From assembly GCA_047967505.1 (NCBI GenBank), contig CM106538.1: DNA of 64,000 bases. One strand, given 5' to 3'. The translations under genes and the position numbers were made by a program. The DNA comes from Dipteris shenzhenensis. Taxonomy: Eukaryota. Below the pieces are notes generated by a model. The model was not told the origin of the DNA and did not search any database. It saw only the letters and a program-made list of their open reading frames with translations. Positions 23,464-36,598 of the stretch are shown here, piece after piece (positions within the stretch are counted from its first letter, which is position 1; every line of letters starts with the position of its first letter).

Positions 23464-23790
23464 ACTAACCAACCTAAAACTAACCTCAGGTTAGTCACTA
23501 ACTACGATTAGGTTAGTCGGTTAACCCTAGGCTAGTTAGTCTTAACTACAGTTAGGTTAGGTTAGTTAGGTTATGATAACTAGGTTAGTTAGTTAACCTC
23601 GGTTAGATTAGTTCACATAGGTTAGGTTAGTAGTAATTGAAGTTAGGTTAGTTTAGTTAACCCTCAGTTAGTTAGACTAGGTTCGGTTAGGATTACCCTC
23701 AGTTAGGTTAGACTAACTCTTGAGTTAGTAACTAACTACAGTTAGTTAAACCTCCCAGTTACAATAACTGGGAGGATCTAGGTTAGTTTC
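23464..23790. repeat. Degenerate TTAGG/GTTAG repeat tract with short palindromes
   Basis: Examples: GTTAGGTTAGGTTAGTTAGGTT and CCTCCCAGTTAcaaTAACTGGGAGG. Confidence 0.8.
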
Positions 23791-25677
23791 CTTAACTAGA
23801 GTCACTTGGTTTCAACCCCTCAGTTGGACTTAAAGTCCATTCACACCACCATTAGGACCCCCCAAACGCCAAATTTACCTCTCCTTTAACCCCTCGAAAC
23901 TCATCCATTTGGGACCCAAATTGAACCCCGTTTGAACCCAGATTTCACACACGGAAACAGCACGTCACGGGGTATTTTTCCAGCCCATTGCACACCATTT
24001 CAGCATCCCTAGCACACGTTCATTTGTGCCCCCGTGTGGGCCTCATTTTGCATTAATTCACTCGTATTTTCACGCCGTGACCTTCGATTAACGATCCGTC
24101 TGCACCAGCACATTTCCCTACACATGTAGGATAATCTTAGGCACATTATTAACGCGATGGTCCCTACACAAACTAACACCACTCTAACTCTCCTAACAAC
24201 ACCACCTCCACAAACGCCCTTGGGGTAGCGACACCCTTGGCAAATCACGCACAATCTGCATGCAGTTACGTTCTGGCCAACGACTTCACCTCCAACACTC
24301 GCCCCATCCGCAACTAACTCCACTGCAACAACCGCCCCCGCCAATCCTCTACCCCGAATCCCCCCCTGAGGTTCAACAACTTCCTTTAACTCCTCCACGC
24401 CCCAACATGGCTGGACGCCGTCATGACCATGATGGGGATATCGAGCTTGATGCTAAGGCTGACAACTTATTCAATCGACGAAATCACAACAATCACAGCC
24501 GATGCCCCTTGGGAAAACTGGAACTTCCCAAATATAATGGTAGGGGAGACCCAGCTCGCTTCCTCCAGCATTTTGATGCCGCATGTCGAGCAGGTGGTGA
24601 TCAATCCCATGAAACCAAGGTGGCTTGGTTTCCAATGGCCTTAACTGATGAGGCATCAGAATGGTACCTTGACCTTCTCGTGGAAGAATGTGCCACATGG
24701 GACCTACTTCAAACCGAATTCAAACGCGCTTTCAAACGGAGAGGCTACAAGATGATCCCGCTCTTCAACTCAGTAAGATCGAACAAGGACGGAGGGAAGA
24801 TGTACGCACATATCTGGGAAAGATGAAGAGATTGATCACCAAATGTGACCCACGCCCAGATGCAAAGTACCTCACGGCATGGTTCATAGCAGGTCTACGA
24901 AAGAAAATCCGCAAGGATATGAAAAAGATAAGTAGCTATGAAACATTCAGTGCTGCTCATGCGGCAGCCATTGACATCGAAGATGGCATGACAGATTCAG
25001 ACACTAGCAGTGATGATGCCAGATCAAATACACGAGATAAACGCTCGAAAAAAGGTAAATCAAAGGACACTGCCGAAACATCCACTGAAGATCGCCTAGA
25101 GGCCATGACCTTGAAGCTGAAAGAAGATATGATGCAGGCCATGGATCAAAAACTCCACTTGTCTCAGCCACCAACTCAAACATATCCACGGCGAGAAAAT
25201 GTCTGGTGCCCACACTGCTTGGCAAATCATAGAGCAAATGAATGCCCAGTCCTAAGAGCAAAGATCACTGCACAAGCAAATCCACCGCCACGGTTGTGGT
25301 GCCATATCTGCGTCGTCGGCGGTCATGATGAGAACAGTTGCATCTTCAACATGCGCAACAATCCGCCTCGACCACCACAATACCAAGCGGCACCCATGCC
25401 AGTATACAGGCAACCGACACTTGCACAAGCACCCCCAGCTCTAAGGCTAAATCCTGTTCCCGTTCGGACACGTCTCTTGATCGAGCTTCATCCGCACATG
25501 TGGCTTATATTTCCGAAACTTCTTACGTTGGGAACTGTGGGGTAACTTTTCCACTGGTAAGGTGTTTCCAAGTAAGGATTCATGTGCTGCACATACTCCT
25601 TCCAGTCCCTCAGGGGACCATTCAAGAGGTGGTGGTTTTGATTTTGAGGGGACTGCCTTTGCAAGATACAATTCGAA
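23700..25677 (+). mobile_element. Non-autonomous Gypsy-type element, copy A: 5' region and gag, with an inverted downstream fragment (25473-25677)
   Basis: Gag LPKYNGRGDPARFLQHF..WFPMALTDEASEWY with Cys/His knuckles. Reverse-colinear with 44150-45933, while 25473-25677 is co-oriented with 42068-42275. Confidence 0.9.
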
Positions 25678-26301
25678 AAGGACATTCAAACAAGCAAATG
25701 TTTGGATCGCCCATTTGTACTAAACTCATTGTAAAGGAAAAATTAAATTATTGAAAAGGCCACAGGAGATCCTTTGTACAAAGACTCATCCAGAGCAATA
25801 TTTGTTGTAAAACTTATGACATGATAATATAAAATTGCAAGCATAGCTATTGCTATTTTTTGGAGTACAAAAGAGGCTTCCATCATGTCTCATGTCTATA
25901 TAAACCTTTTCATTTCTTGAATATTCAAGAGTGTTATAGTTTTCTGCATTGAAAGTAAAAAGAGTCTTATAGGTCTCTTATGTATACATTTTTAAAATGT
26001 TGTGAATCCTCAATAGCATGGTTTTTCATGGATTTAAACTAATAACTCGGATTTTTTATTTTAAGAATATGATTCTTATAGACAAGAAATACAAATTTAG
26101 GATTTAATAGTAGTTTTTGCATTATTTGTACAACATTGTAGAGAGATATTTTGAAATGTATTATGTGAAAATGATAGTGCCAGAAAGCAAACTTTTGATT
26201 CTCGAATGACAGTTTCATAAAGTAAACTTTTCATTTGGGAAGGATTTTAAGGAATAGTCCAAAAGTAGACATATGAGTCCAAAATTAATGAAATAAGTGT
26301 T

Positions 26302-27471
26302 ATAAGAGTGGCCTGCATTCACATCAACCATGAGCTGATCTACTTTCTCTTTTCCCTTTCATGATACTTGCATACCACTATCTGCATTTCTTTGAGAAGA
26401 TTCTCCTGATCTCAATCTGCCTGTCCATGGCGAAGTATGTGAACCATTGCTAGAGGACACTATAGGTCCACTAATATTTTGTGATTCTTGCTGTGAATTC
26501 TATGCAGCATTACCATTTTGTCCATCTACATCATCAATCACATTTACTGGTTTATACCAGCTGCTCATCTCATAAAAAACAACATCTTTGCTCACTGTAA
26601 ACTTACGAGTAGAAGGGTTATAGCATCTATACCCTTTCTACTGCAGAGAATAACCAATAAAGATGCACTTTTCAGCTTTTGGATCCAACTTGGATCTCAA
26701 CTCATCTGGCACATGAACATAGGCAATGCAACCAAAAACTTTCAAATGAGAAATATCTAGTTTCCTACCAGTATACCTCTCCTCTGGTGTCATGCCATGT
26801 ATTGTTGCAGTGGGAGTCTTGTTCATTATGTAGACTGTTGTAGCAACTGCTTCAGCCCAATAATAATCTGGCAGGTCTTTTTCATTGAGCATGGCATGAG
26901 ATATCTCTCCAATATGCCTGTTTCTCCTTTCTACAAGTACATTTTGCTGTGGGGTATGACTGCATGAATATTGTTGCTTTATGCCATGCTCCTGTAGGAA
27001 CCTTGCAAACTCATTTGAGAGGTACTCTCCCCCTCCATCTGACCTTAGGCATTTTATTTGCAAGCCTGTTTCTTTTTTCAACCATAGCTTTAAAGGCTTT
27101 GAAATGCCCAAACACTTCACTTTTCTTTTTCATAAAATACACCCAAACTTTTTTGCTGGTCATCAATGGAAGTGACAAAATAATGACAGGCTCCAATAGA
27201 TGCAACTTTAGTAGTCCACACATCAGAGTGGATTAATTCCAATGGCCTCTTACTCTCTTGAACATGTCTAGGAAATGGTTTCCTTGCCTGTTTTCCAAGT
27301 TGACAGGCTTCACATACCTTATGCGTTTCTACAACCTTGAACTGAGGCAATCCTGCAACAATATTTTTTATTCATGGGTGGTGTACCAACTGCATCTACA
27401 GCTAATAAGTCGGTGACATAAATGCACAATGGTTGCATTGGCATATCATGAGTGGAGCTCGATATCTCAAC

Positions 27472-27472
<1 letters not shown>
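26302..27472 (-). mobile_element. Copia deletion derivative: first ~105 bp of the LTR (27472-27368) fused to an integrase fragment
   Basis: The LTR start TGTTGAGATATCGAGC matches 14617. Integrase motifs CEACQLGKQ, LIHSDVW, LRSDGGGEY and TPQQN. Colinear with 55029-56100. Confidence 0.92.
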
Positions 27473-27510
<38 letters not shown>

Positions 27511-27635
27511 CTTAGCTATCTCCCTCTCCTCTCTCTCACTCTCTCCCTCTCTCTCTCTCTCTCTCATAGACCCATAAGGTCTTTCGAGGATGTTAATATA
27601 TCTTTCTTTCTTTCCCTTCCTTTGTGTCCCTCATT

Positions 27636-27711
<76 letters not shown>

Positions 27712-28350
27712 GCTCCCCTCCTCTCCCTTGCTCTCTCTCTGTCTCTCTATCTCTTTCCCTCCCTTTGTGTCCCTATTTGTTCTCTCTCTCTCTCTCTAAC
27801 ACTTGATGATCATCTTGTTGCCACATTGTTGCCCTTAGCTATCTATGTCATGGACATTGATTTTACATATACACCTTTTGTATTTTGTTAGCAGCTCCAC
27901 CCTTTGGATCAGTTGTATATGGGTTTTTTTTCAATCTCATAGTCTCTCAAAGACCTTAATTAACTTTCTTATTTTTCTGTTTCTCAACTTAGAGGTGCAA
28001 ATGAATAAATGCAATCTTAACTCTCTCTCTCTTCCCATTCTCTACCTCTCTCTCTCTCTCTCTATCCCACTCTCCATCTCTCTCTTTCTATCCCCGTCTC
28101 CATTGTCATGGACATTGATTTCATGTATACACTTTTTGTATTTTGTTAGCGGATCCACCCTTTGGATCAGTTGTATCTGGGTTTGTTTTTTATCAATCTC
28201 TTAGTTTCTCAAAGACCTTAATTAACTTTCGTATTTTTCTCTTTCTCAACTTAGAGGTGCAAATGAATAAATGCAATCTTAACTCTCTCTGTCTCCCTTT
28301 GTATCCCTCCCCCTCCCTCTATCTCTAAGAGGCCCTTTGTGTCCCTGACT

Positions 28351-28401
<51 letters not shown>

Positions 28402-28462
28402 ATTCATATATCTAACTCTGTCCCATGGCCAGGTGCATTATTTGTGTCGCTTATTGTACTCT

Positions 28463-28498
<36 letters not shown>

Positions 28499-28620
28499 CA
28501 TGCTCTAATTGCTATCTATCTCGAGATCACACACTCTCTGTCTGGCACAATACAGATATACAAATATCCACACAAATTGAAAATTACAAATATTTATCAC
28601 TTCATTATTCATAGACCATA
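27473..28620. repeat. (CT)n microsatellite-rich region with an internal ~190-bp duplication
   Basis: Long CT tracts. 27845-28030 resembles 28105-28290. Confidence 0.85.
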
Positions 28621-28811
28621 GAGAGACATCGATTTAGAGGTGCATACTTAATTTAAAAAATCTTAACAATAAATGAAACAACACTTTGTATTATATATGA
28701 TTTCTGTTCATACATGTAACAATGCCTCATTGCCAAGTGCATTGTTGAAGCACTAAGGATCCAAGAAACTGGATATCATATGAAATACCTGCCATCATGT
28801 CTCTACTATCT

Positions 28812-30095
28812 CTAGAGTATGGGTGGGGCAACAATTCTTACAAAGGATACTTGTCTCATCCCTATATGTAACTTTGCGATTATCAAGTCTAGAATAATAA
28901 ACATTAGATCAAGATGTCCTTGCCGATAAATTGATACCTCGACAATAGGACTGTGAGTCCCATTGCGCAGATCATCATCCATTGCTTCCCATCGAAGGTT
29001 CTTCCATCTAAACCTTCTATATGTGAAAGTCATGCAGAGATTTTGCCTTCTAATGATTTGGGATCTATTAATACATAGTATCCTCATTATTTTTTATACA
29101 AACAAGAATTGTAAGATTTGCTCACCGAAATGTCACATCTGAAGTGTTCAATCGACATTGTACTAAATCTTCGGCATGACATGTTCTTGTTGTCCATCCA
29201 TTGTCAAATAGATCAGATAGCCGGTCCATTTCTAAGCTCTTGCAAGTGTAAGTAATCTTTGTTTTCCTTAATTGCCTACAACTTGCAAAGAAATCAACAA
29301 AGCATGGAAATGGAAGAAACCACCTCAACCTAGCATTTCTTCCACAAGTAGTTGGCTTCATAGCATTTCTCACATCATTAAACATTCTATTTCTATATGA
29401 TTCACTTATCTCCATGCTTGGAAGTGGCCATTCTGGACTATCAAACTTAGAGGGCAAGGGAAGAGATTCTAATCTACCATACTATCCTTCTTCATCTAGC
29501 ACAATGAAAATTGAGTCATAGAAGAAGATCCCGTCCTTTTTTGATTCTAATGGTGTGCGATCTTCATACTGAAGACTCCCGATCTCAACATGGAGGACAT
29601 GCAACACCCCAGTTACGCATGCTGTAGGCTCCCACTCTTTGTAAGTAGATGGATATAAGTATGTAAAACAAATACAAGGCATAAGACAGTAGTGTCAACG
29701 TCCCCAAATAAATGCAAATACTCTAAAAAGCAAATGTAGTACTAGTACCCTTTGAAAAACTTACAATTGGGCCTACGATATGGAAGTCCTTCATTTAGAT
29801 GCACATATATGTTTGCATGGGTAAAGACATGCTGAATATATACTTGTGTCACTGTGTTACTACCAGGAGAAATTTCCAAATCTAAGATCCTTCCCTTGCA
29901 ATGTTTGGAGATGTCCATTGCATCCTTCCGACCCACTTTGTAGCACCCACGATTAGTGGGTTGCATTGTGATCCAAGAATATTTCTTGTAGAGCTAAGGA
30001 ATTCATTCCCCATGCTCATCCTTAACATTCTTCAAGACTGTAAACTGCTTTTTTATCTTTCATTTTCTACTTCCATATTTCTACCCTTGTACCAT
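28812..30095 (-). pseudogene. Spliced BAH-domain-like gene, divergent paralog (copy 2)
   Basis: SWITM..CKGRILDL..VYIQHVF [intron] LYPSTYKEWEPTACVTGVLHVL..FFYD..RLRWFLP..LSDLFDNGWTTR..DLVQC..FTYRRFRW aligns motif by motif with 17639-18900. Confidence 0.65.
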
Positions 30096-30203
30096 ATGAT
30101 TAAAATTAGCTCTTTCTACTTCCAAAGACCCTCCAAATTTATGTCTTCTATTCACTCTTTCTCTATCCCTCTCTCTCTTTCTTTGCAAGTCTCTCTCTGT
30201 CTG

Positions 30204-30255
<52 letters not shown>

Positions 30256-30856
30256 TCCCTCTCCCTCCCCCTCCTTCCCTCTCTCCTTTAACTAAACCTC
30301 TCACAAAAACAAGCAAAATATTATTACAAAAAACATAGAATACTTTTGTCTCTCAGTTTGTCTTCCAAGGTACCCCTCACACAAATAAACATCAATTTTT
30401 TTTGAAATACTTAGTTACGATATGCTCTCTTCCTACTCTGTTTCTCCACAAAAAAAGAAAACATTATCAATATCATATCATTCTCTCTCTCCCTCCCAAA
30501 GCTCTTTGATTAGGATCTCTTTTTCTTCCTTCTTTCTCAAATACTTCTAAAACCAGTAGTTTGAAATAGAATCTCTATCTCTCTCCCTCAATCATAGTTT
30601 GCCCTGGGAGGAAAACAAGGAGGCCTGACATGTTCAGGATAGGCTTGTCAAAGATAATTTTTTATTGTGAACCACCAATGATGTTTTTTAGGATATTTTG
30701 AAAAAAATCTAAAATTTTCCCTAGATTTGGGGAGCCTCTATTATAGAGAAGTTCACATGGCATAATCTTCATGGATACCATATTCCCTTATCCAAGCCTC
30801 TAATATTTTAGTACTTCTCCAAAGGGCCCCTTTTTGAGTCCAAATTTTTTGTAATG
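28812..30856 (-). mobile_element. CATTA-terminated DNA transposon, divergent copy 2
   Basis: The minus-strand terminus CATTACAAAAAATTTGGACTCAAAAAGGGGCCC resembles the ends at 16654 and 47044. It sits ~0.76 kb upstream of the BAH-like gene, as in the other copies. The inner boundary is uncertain. Confidence 0.6.
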
Positions 30857-33213
30857 GGACCTAAAAATAATCCGCCCTTATGTAGCTGCCCATTGTAGTT
30901 TTGTTATTCTTAAGCCACCTAAAGCTTCCTTGAATTAGGTCTATGAGTGCCCGCACTTCCATTATGTCTTTACAATAGCTGAGGCAAAAACTTTTGAGCT
31001 TACACTTCCATTTGTTAACATTGGCAACATCCTCAATAATTGTCTAGAAGAATGTGATGGCATCACCTCATGCATCATGGGATCAGAAGTACCTCATCTA
31101 GGTCCTACAGAGCTTGGTATGCTTTGGCATTGTGGTAGTAGAGTTGGTAACCTTTCTCATTACACTTATACCATGAGTGGATAACCACTCCTTGTAGTGG
31201 TTTACACTTAACAGTTGTAGGCACACCCTAGGAACTCATGAGTTCTCCTAGGCTAGTTCTAGTTTTAGATTGAGAGTTCTCTTCCGCTGAGCAAATCTAA
31301 GTTTATTTGAGAGATTTCCGTCCATGCCTCTCCATTAAGAGAATCCATCAAGTTCTTTCATGAGCGCGATTTAGATTCATTAGTCATGTTATTTCATTGA
31401 TAGCTCCATTGAAAGATTTGTGAAACAAAAAAAAAGAAAAATCCATTCCTGAGTGTTGACTCATCAAGAGACACAGAGAATCTATGAGAGTGTTCAAGCC
31501 TATCTATGCCTTTGCAGTGACCCTTGTGCTCCAACCTATGGCTTCCCAAGACATCTCCTTGACTCTGCAACAAGGCCAAAAAGCATCCAATGGCCACGAC
31601 TCTCTACAAGCTGCACGACTATAGATACGCCTCAACACCATGGTCAACGACACCAGCTCCACAGCTCTAGCAGCGAGATGGAGAAGAAGAAATTGATAGC
31701 CTCTTCAACCAGCAGAAGCAACCTACACCCAGTGCCGACCACCTCTACTCCACCCTCAATTCTAACCTCTGTAGCCACCTGCAAGTAATCGTGACACTAG
31801 CAGCCAACAACGGCTCTTGGCGACTCATATGCACCTCCTCAATAGCCTTCTTCCATAGCAACAGCTTAATGGGCCGGAAACAACAAGCAACAACAACATC
31901 TTTGCAAGGCATTCTTGATCGGCAGATCAGCAGCAACTTCCTTCGTTGCTCCAAGCCGTCTCAGAAGCCAGCCATCTTATGAATTTTACTACCCACTCCA
32001 CAACGTGCCTACAATGCCTTCCTTTTCTCTCTCCGGACCACTGTTTTCCCCCATCGTCACCCTGTCCTGTGACCAACAATGATCAAACAATGGCTTCAGC
32101 AACAACTAAGCTCAAAGACTAGAGCCACGGGCTGCGTATCATTAAGCAGAGCCTTGGCAAGCTGAGGGGAGGCATGAGTGCTAAAGACAGATGAATGAAG
32201 ACGCTCTCGTTGAGCTCTCGCTCCAAATTTTTTCTTTCTCGCACCATTCTCTGGAATTTCTTGCAGCCTCCTACATGCTGTCTAGCCTTTCGAGTCGATT
32301 CCGCCGCTTCGATGCCATCTTTGCTGTAGCTGCAACGCCTCCACTTCTCATCTTCTCCAAGGTCTCAGGAAAGACACATGTAGGATAAGACTTAACCTTG
32401 GTTAAGTTCATCTGACCCAGGTGTGCAAAGGATAAGAACACGTGGTAGATAAGGGCTTTAACTATGGTTAAGTTCAACCTTGATTAAGTTTATGCTAGGT
32501 TCAGTTTAGTTGGACCATGGTTGAGTTTAACTAACCTTGACTTCAAAGAGTTTGGTTAGGTTACATGGGGTTTGGCTCTATTAGACCTTGGTTGAGTTTT
32601 AGGTTTGGTCAAAGTCATGCCACATGGCATAGCACCACCTCAGCATAGTAACCCTTGCCAAGCACAGTTTGTAAGTAGGATATGAACTCTTGTGCCACAT
32701 CATCAAGACCCCCTTCTTAACAGAAACTTTGACAAGCCGTAACTTGCAATCCAGGAGGAATTTGGACATGCTCCAAAAAGGAAAAATGATTGTCTTTTTG
32801 AGCTCTAAGCACCTGTCAGATAAGAATCATTGTTAGCAATTAGACACTGCCATTGAAGCAAAAATACTCATGGTAAGACCTTTGCAACAAATGGAAAAGC
32901 GACGCATGAATGCAAAAAGCATGCCAAAAGCACAAGTGCATGAGATGGCCATAGCACAAAGCATGGCATCCACACATAAAGCATCAAGGCACATGGAAGA
33001 ACAAAGCAACATGCATCAAGCTACATCGAGTAAAGATGCGAACGCCATTGACATCAAGCATTGAGAAGGAAAAACTCTGCCACCTTCAGCCCATATGTTT
33101 TGTAAATCAAACCTGATCACCTGAGAGTAGCTATGAAAGCACCCAGGGGAGGTATTGACATGTAAATACCACACTTTACCACCTTAAGTAGCAATGCATG
33201 CATTAAGGGGAGG

Positions 33214-33924
33214 TGATGGATTTGTAACTCACATTTGACCACCTTGCAGTAGCCAAAGGATCATGGCACCAAGGGGAGGTGTTGAGATATGGTGCCATGA
33301 GCACATAGATTAAAGGGCTAAGGTATGTGCTAAGGAAAGAATTAAAGTAGCCACCCTAGGATGTGGACTACATGATGTGGAGATGTGGATTGAGGATATC
33401 CACAAGGAGAGATGTGGATGAGAGCATCCCACATAGTTTGACTATTCTAAAGGCTCTCTCTATATAAGAGGCCTATCATGTATTGTTGGAGCTCTCTATA
33501 TGGAGCGCTCTACGGTAGATGGAACCTATGTATAAACATGATGAAGAGAGTGCTCATGACATGTACCTCAAGTCAATTAGGTTCCAAGATAGATTAACTT
33601 GGACTCATAAATAGAATCTTGAGTGAATGTGCATTTCTCCTCTTGTACTCAACAATACATGATAGGCCTCTTATATAGAGAGAGCCTTTAGAATAGTCAA
33701 ACCATGTGGGATGCTCTCATCCACATCTCTCCTTGTGGATATCCTCAATCCACATCTCCACATCATGTAGTCCACATCCTAGGGTGGCTACTTTAATTCT
33801 TTCCTTAGCACATACCTTAGCCCTTTAATCTATGTGCTCATGGCACCATATCTCAACACCTCCCCTTGGTGCCATGATCCTTTGGCTACTGCAAGGTGGT
33901 CAAATGTGAGTTACAAATCCATCA
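33214..33924. repeat. Fold-back inverted repeat: 275-bp arms (33214-33488 and 33650-33924) with a 161-bp spacer, containing a PPT and LTR start
   Basis: The arms are reverse complements with one visible mismatch and include AAGGGGAGG-TGTTGAGATATGG. Confidence 0.95.
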
Positions 33925-35750
33925 TAACTTTGTCCTACACCATGCTGGTTGTGGTTCCAATTTGTTGCTTATGTTTGGAGTAATATGCACTTGGCAAATA
34001 TTCATGGAAATTCCGCTGAGATCCCATCCTTCTCTTGACTGCATGTTTGGATATTGCCTCCAGAAGTCATCTATGGGATTATCTGGTAGTGGAATCCTGT
34101 ATGTTCCCATATTCAACCCTCGTGTGGGTGTTCAGTTTGGATTATCCAAATTGTGAAGCTCATTGTTGTAATTATTGTCGCCGCCTTCCATTGGAAATTC
34201 ATTAGAGATTTGAGGGATATGTGGTCTTGGTGGAGATGAAGAGGTAGCACCATAATCCAAAATCCAATCCTAGGAATATGCATCATCTGAAGTGGTAAGA
34301 AAGTCTGCAGCAGGTAGACTAGACATGAAGAGAATGTCATTGTCACTATTATCAGTGAGGTGACTGCATTGATTTCCTCAATCTTCACTTTTCCTTTGTT
34401 CTCCCTTAAACTCTCTTCCTTCTTATTTGCACCCCAGTTTGCATTCTTTTTCTTATCCCTTTTCTCTCTTTTCATCTTGTAGCATTCCTTTTTCATGTGG
34501 CCCTTCTCGCCACAATAGTAACACTTAATGTTTTGTAGCATGGATTTGCTACGAGACTTCCCTCTTTCATGGGACTTCCCCCTAAACTATGAGCTACCCC
34601 TTTGCACATTTAAGGCTACATCCTGCTTATTGCCATCCATAAACTTCCATCTAATCTCCTCAGCCCCAATAAGCTACCCACAACATCATCAAACTTTAGT
34701 ATTCCACCAGGTGTAGAGTTAGTGGCAGCAGCTGCGTACTGACCAAACATGCTACCAACCAGGAGCTTAAATTGAATAAGGTTGACTACAGAAGCTATCC
34801 CATGAGGATGACAATGAACACAAAAGGAATATTGCCTCACTCTTTGCATCAAAATTCATCTTCTGAGCGTGAAGTTTGCTAAAAATAATATTGAATTCAT
34901 TTAAGTGAGAAGAAATGGAGATCTCTTCCTTCATCTATAACTCAAACAACCTTTTCATGAGGTCAAATTTATTAGAGGCAGTTTCCTTCTCATAAGTGGC
35001 ACATAATTTGTTCCACCAATCTTCGGTAGTCTGCTCATTTACTACTGTGAAATAAACTGGCTCTGCAAGATTAAGTCTAATAGTAGACTTTGCTAATGCA
35101 TCCAACTCATTCCAATCATCCTTTGACATATCTGCAAGCTTAGCTTCAATCCTTGCCAAGGGTTTAATCTGCTTCTTTTGAATAAGCACTTCCCTTATCT
35201 GTTCTTTCCACAAAGAAAAGTTTTTCCCATAAAAAATTTTAATGTTGAAAAACCCCTTTTCAGACATAGAAGAGGATGAGTGCACAACTCAGACTACAGC
35301 TCAAGTGATCTGCATAAGGTAGGTCCCAAACATCATGGCCCCATAGCAATGATCGAGCCTACTAGAAATAGGACCTAAGATACCTCAAAACATGGGCATC
35401 ATTGCACAATCAGACTTAGAAAGAAATTTTGCAAATATCTCTCTTCTTTTGGAACTCCAAAATTCCAACCTATGAATGGGGAAATGGTGAGTCAACCCTT
35501 GCAATTGACCTATAATTAAAAAATCAAAGGTTTGAAATTTCAAATGGATGTTTGATAGAGCAATAGACAATTTGGCATCTTGAAATGAAACTTCTCCAAA
35601 TATTCATGAAATCGTGCATATGCTAACAGGATCTGCAGCAACAAACTTATAACAAGAACGGGGAGATTATAAAAAAATGTCTTTTTTTCCTCCAAAACTA
35701 CGGAGTTGCAGCAACAAACTTCAAACGAATACATTCCTATGTTTTTGCAT
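33925..35750 (-). mobile_element. Internally deleted Copia (second family): 5' region, gag, zinc knuckle and protease start
   Basis: FYGKNFSLWKEQI..DALAKSTIRLNL..KLCATYEKETASNK (34935-35285), CYYCGEKGHMKKEC and WILDYGA. Confidence 0.88.
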
Positions 35751-35892
35751 ATAACCTCAATGTTTGGCTATGTCTCTTATCTCACGCTTGGTTCCCCAGT
35801 CGAGCATAAGAGATCAAAAAAGGAAAAGAAGAAGAAAGGTCCTCAAGTTTGTGAAAGCAATCTAGAAGCTCCAAAATAATATGGATTTTTTG

Positions 35893-36598
35893 TTAGGGAG
35901 CTTTAGGATCTCATTTTGAGTTCCTGATATCTCTTATGAGGATTTTGGTTTTGGTCTTTGTTCTTTTGTTTGTGGGAGTTCTAGGTTCTCTTTATTGAGT
36001 TCCTTCAATCTCTTGTGATAAAAATATTTTAGATATTTATGGGTTAGAAATTTGTTTGTGGGAGTTCTAGGATCTCCTTGTTGAGTTCCTTAGATCTCTT
36101 GTGAGATAAATTCATTTGTGAGAGTCTAAGGATCTCCTTGTTGAGTTCGTTAGATCTCTTGTGAGAAATCTGCTTGTTTTTGTGTCTATGAAATTTGTTT
36201 GTGGGAGTTCTAAGATCTCCTTGTTGAGTTTCTTAGATCTCATGTGAATATTTGCTTGTGGATGTTCTAAGATCTCCTTGTTGAGTTCCTTAGATCTCTG
36301 GTGATAAATGGGCTTGTTTTTGTGTCTACGAAACTTGTTTGTGGGAGTTCTAGGATCTCCTTGTTGAGGTCCTTAGATCTCTTGTGAGGATTTTTGTATG
36401 TGGGAGTTCTAGGATCTCCTTGTTGAGTTCCTTAGATCTCTTGTGAGAAATGGGCTTGTTTTCATGTCTATGAAATTATGAAATTTGTTTGTGGGAGTTC
36501 TAAGATCTCCTTGTTGAGTTCCTTAGATCTCTTGTGAGAATTTTTGTATGTGGGAGTTCTAGGATCTCCTCGTTGAGTTCCCTAGATCTCATGTGAGA
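35893..36598. repeat. Array of ~10 copies of a ~47-bp core with alternating short and long linkers
   Basis: Core GTGGGAGTTCTAGGATCTCCTTGTTGAGTTCCTTAGATCTCTTGTGA. Confidence 0.92.

Noticed and set aside
22788-23511. Pro-rich and Gly-rich ORFs (extensin-like)
   Set aside because: They are a by-product of a C-rich low-complexity tract that is open in most frames.
23464-23790. True interstitial telomere
   Set aside because: The tract is degenerate TTAGG/GTTAG rather than TTTAGGG arrays, and part of it is shared with the 5' region of Gypsy copy B.
27319-28621. SL/RE-repeat ORFs
   Set aside because: They are translations of (CT)n microsatellites.
16654-30856. One 14-kb element bounded by CATTAG...GTAATG TIRs
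   Set aside because: The flanks GTC and GGA do not form a TSD, and the Copia target does not resume after 30856. Each end has its own BAH gene in the same relative position, so both look like left ends.
30860-33140. Genes in 31394-33064, and similarly 45940-47040
   Set aside because: The short ORFs have no recognisable motifs. They are probably decayed retroelement internal sequence and could not be classified.
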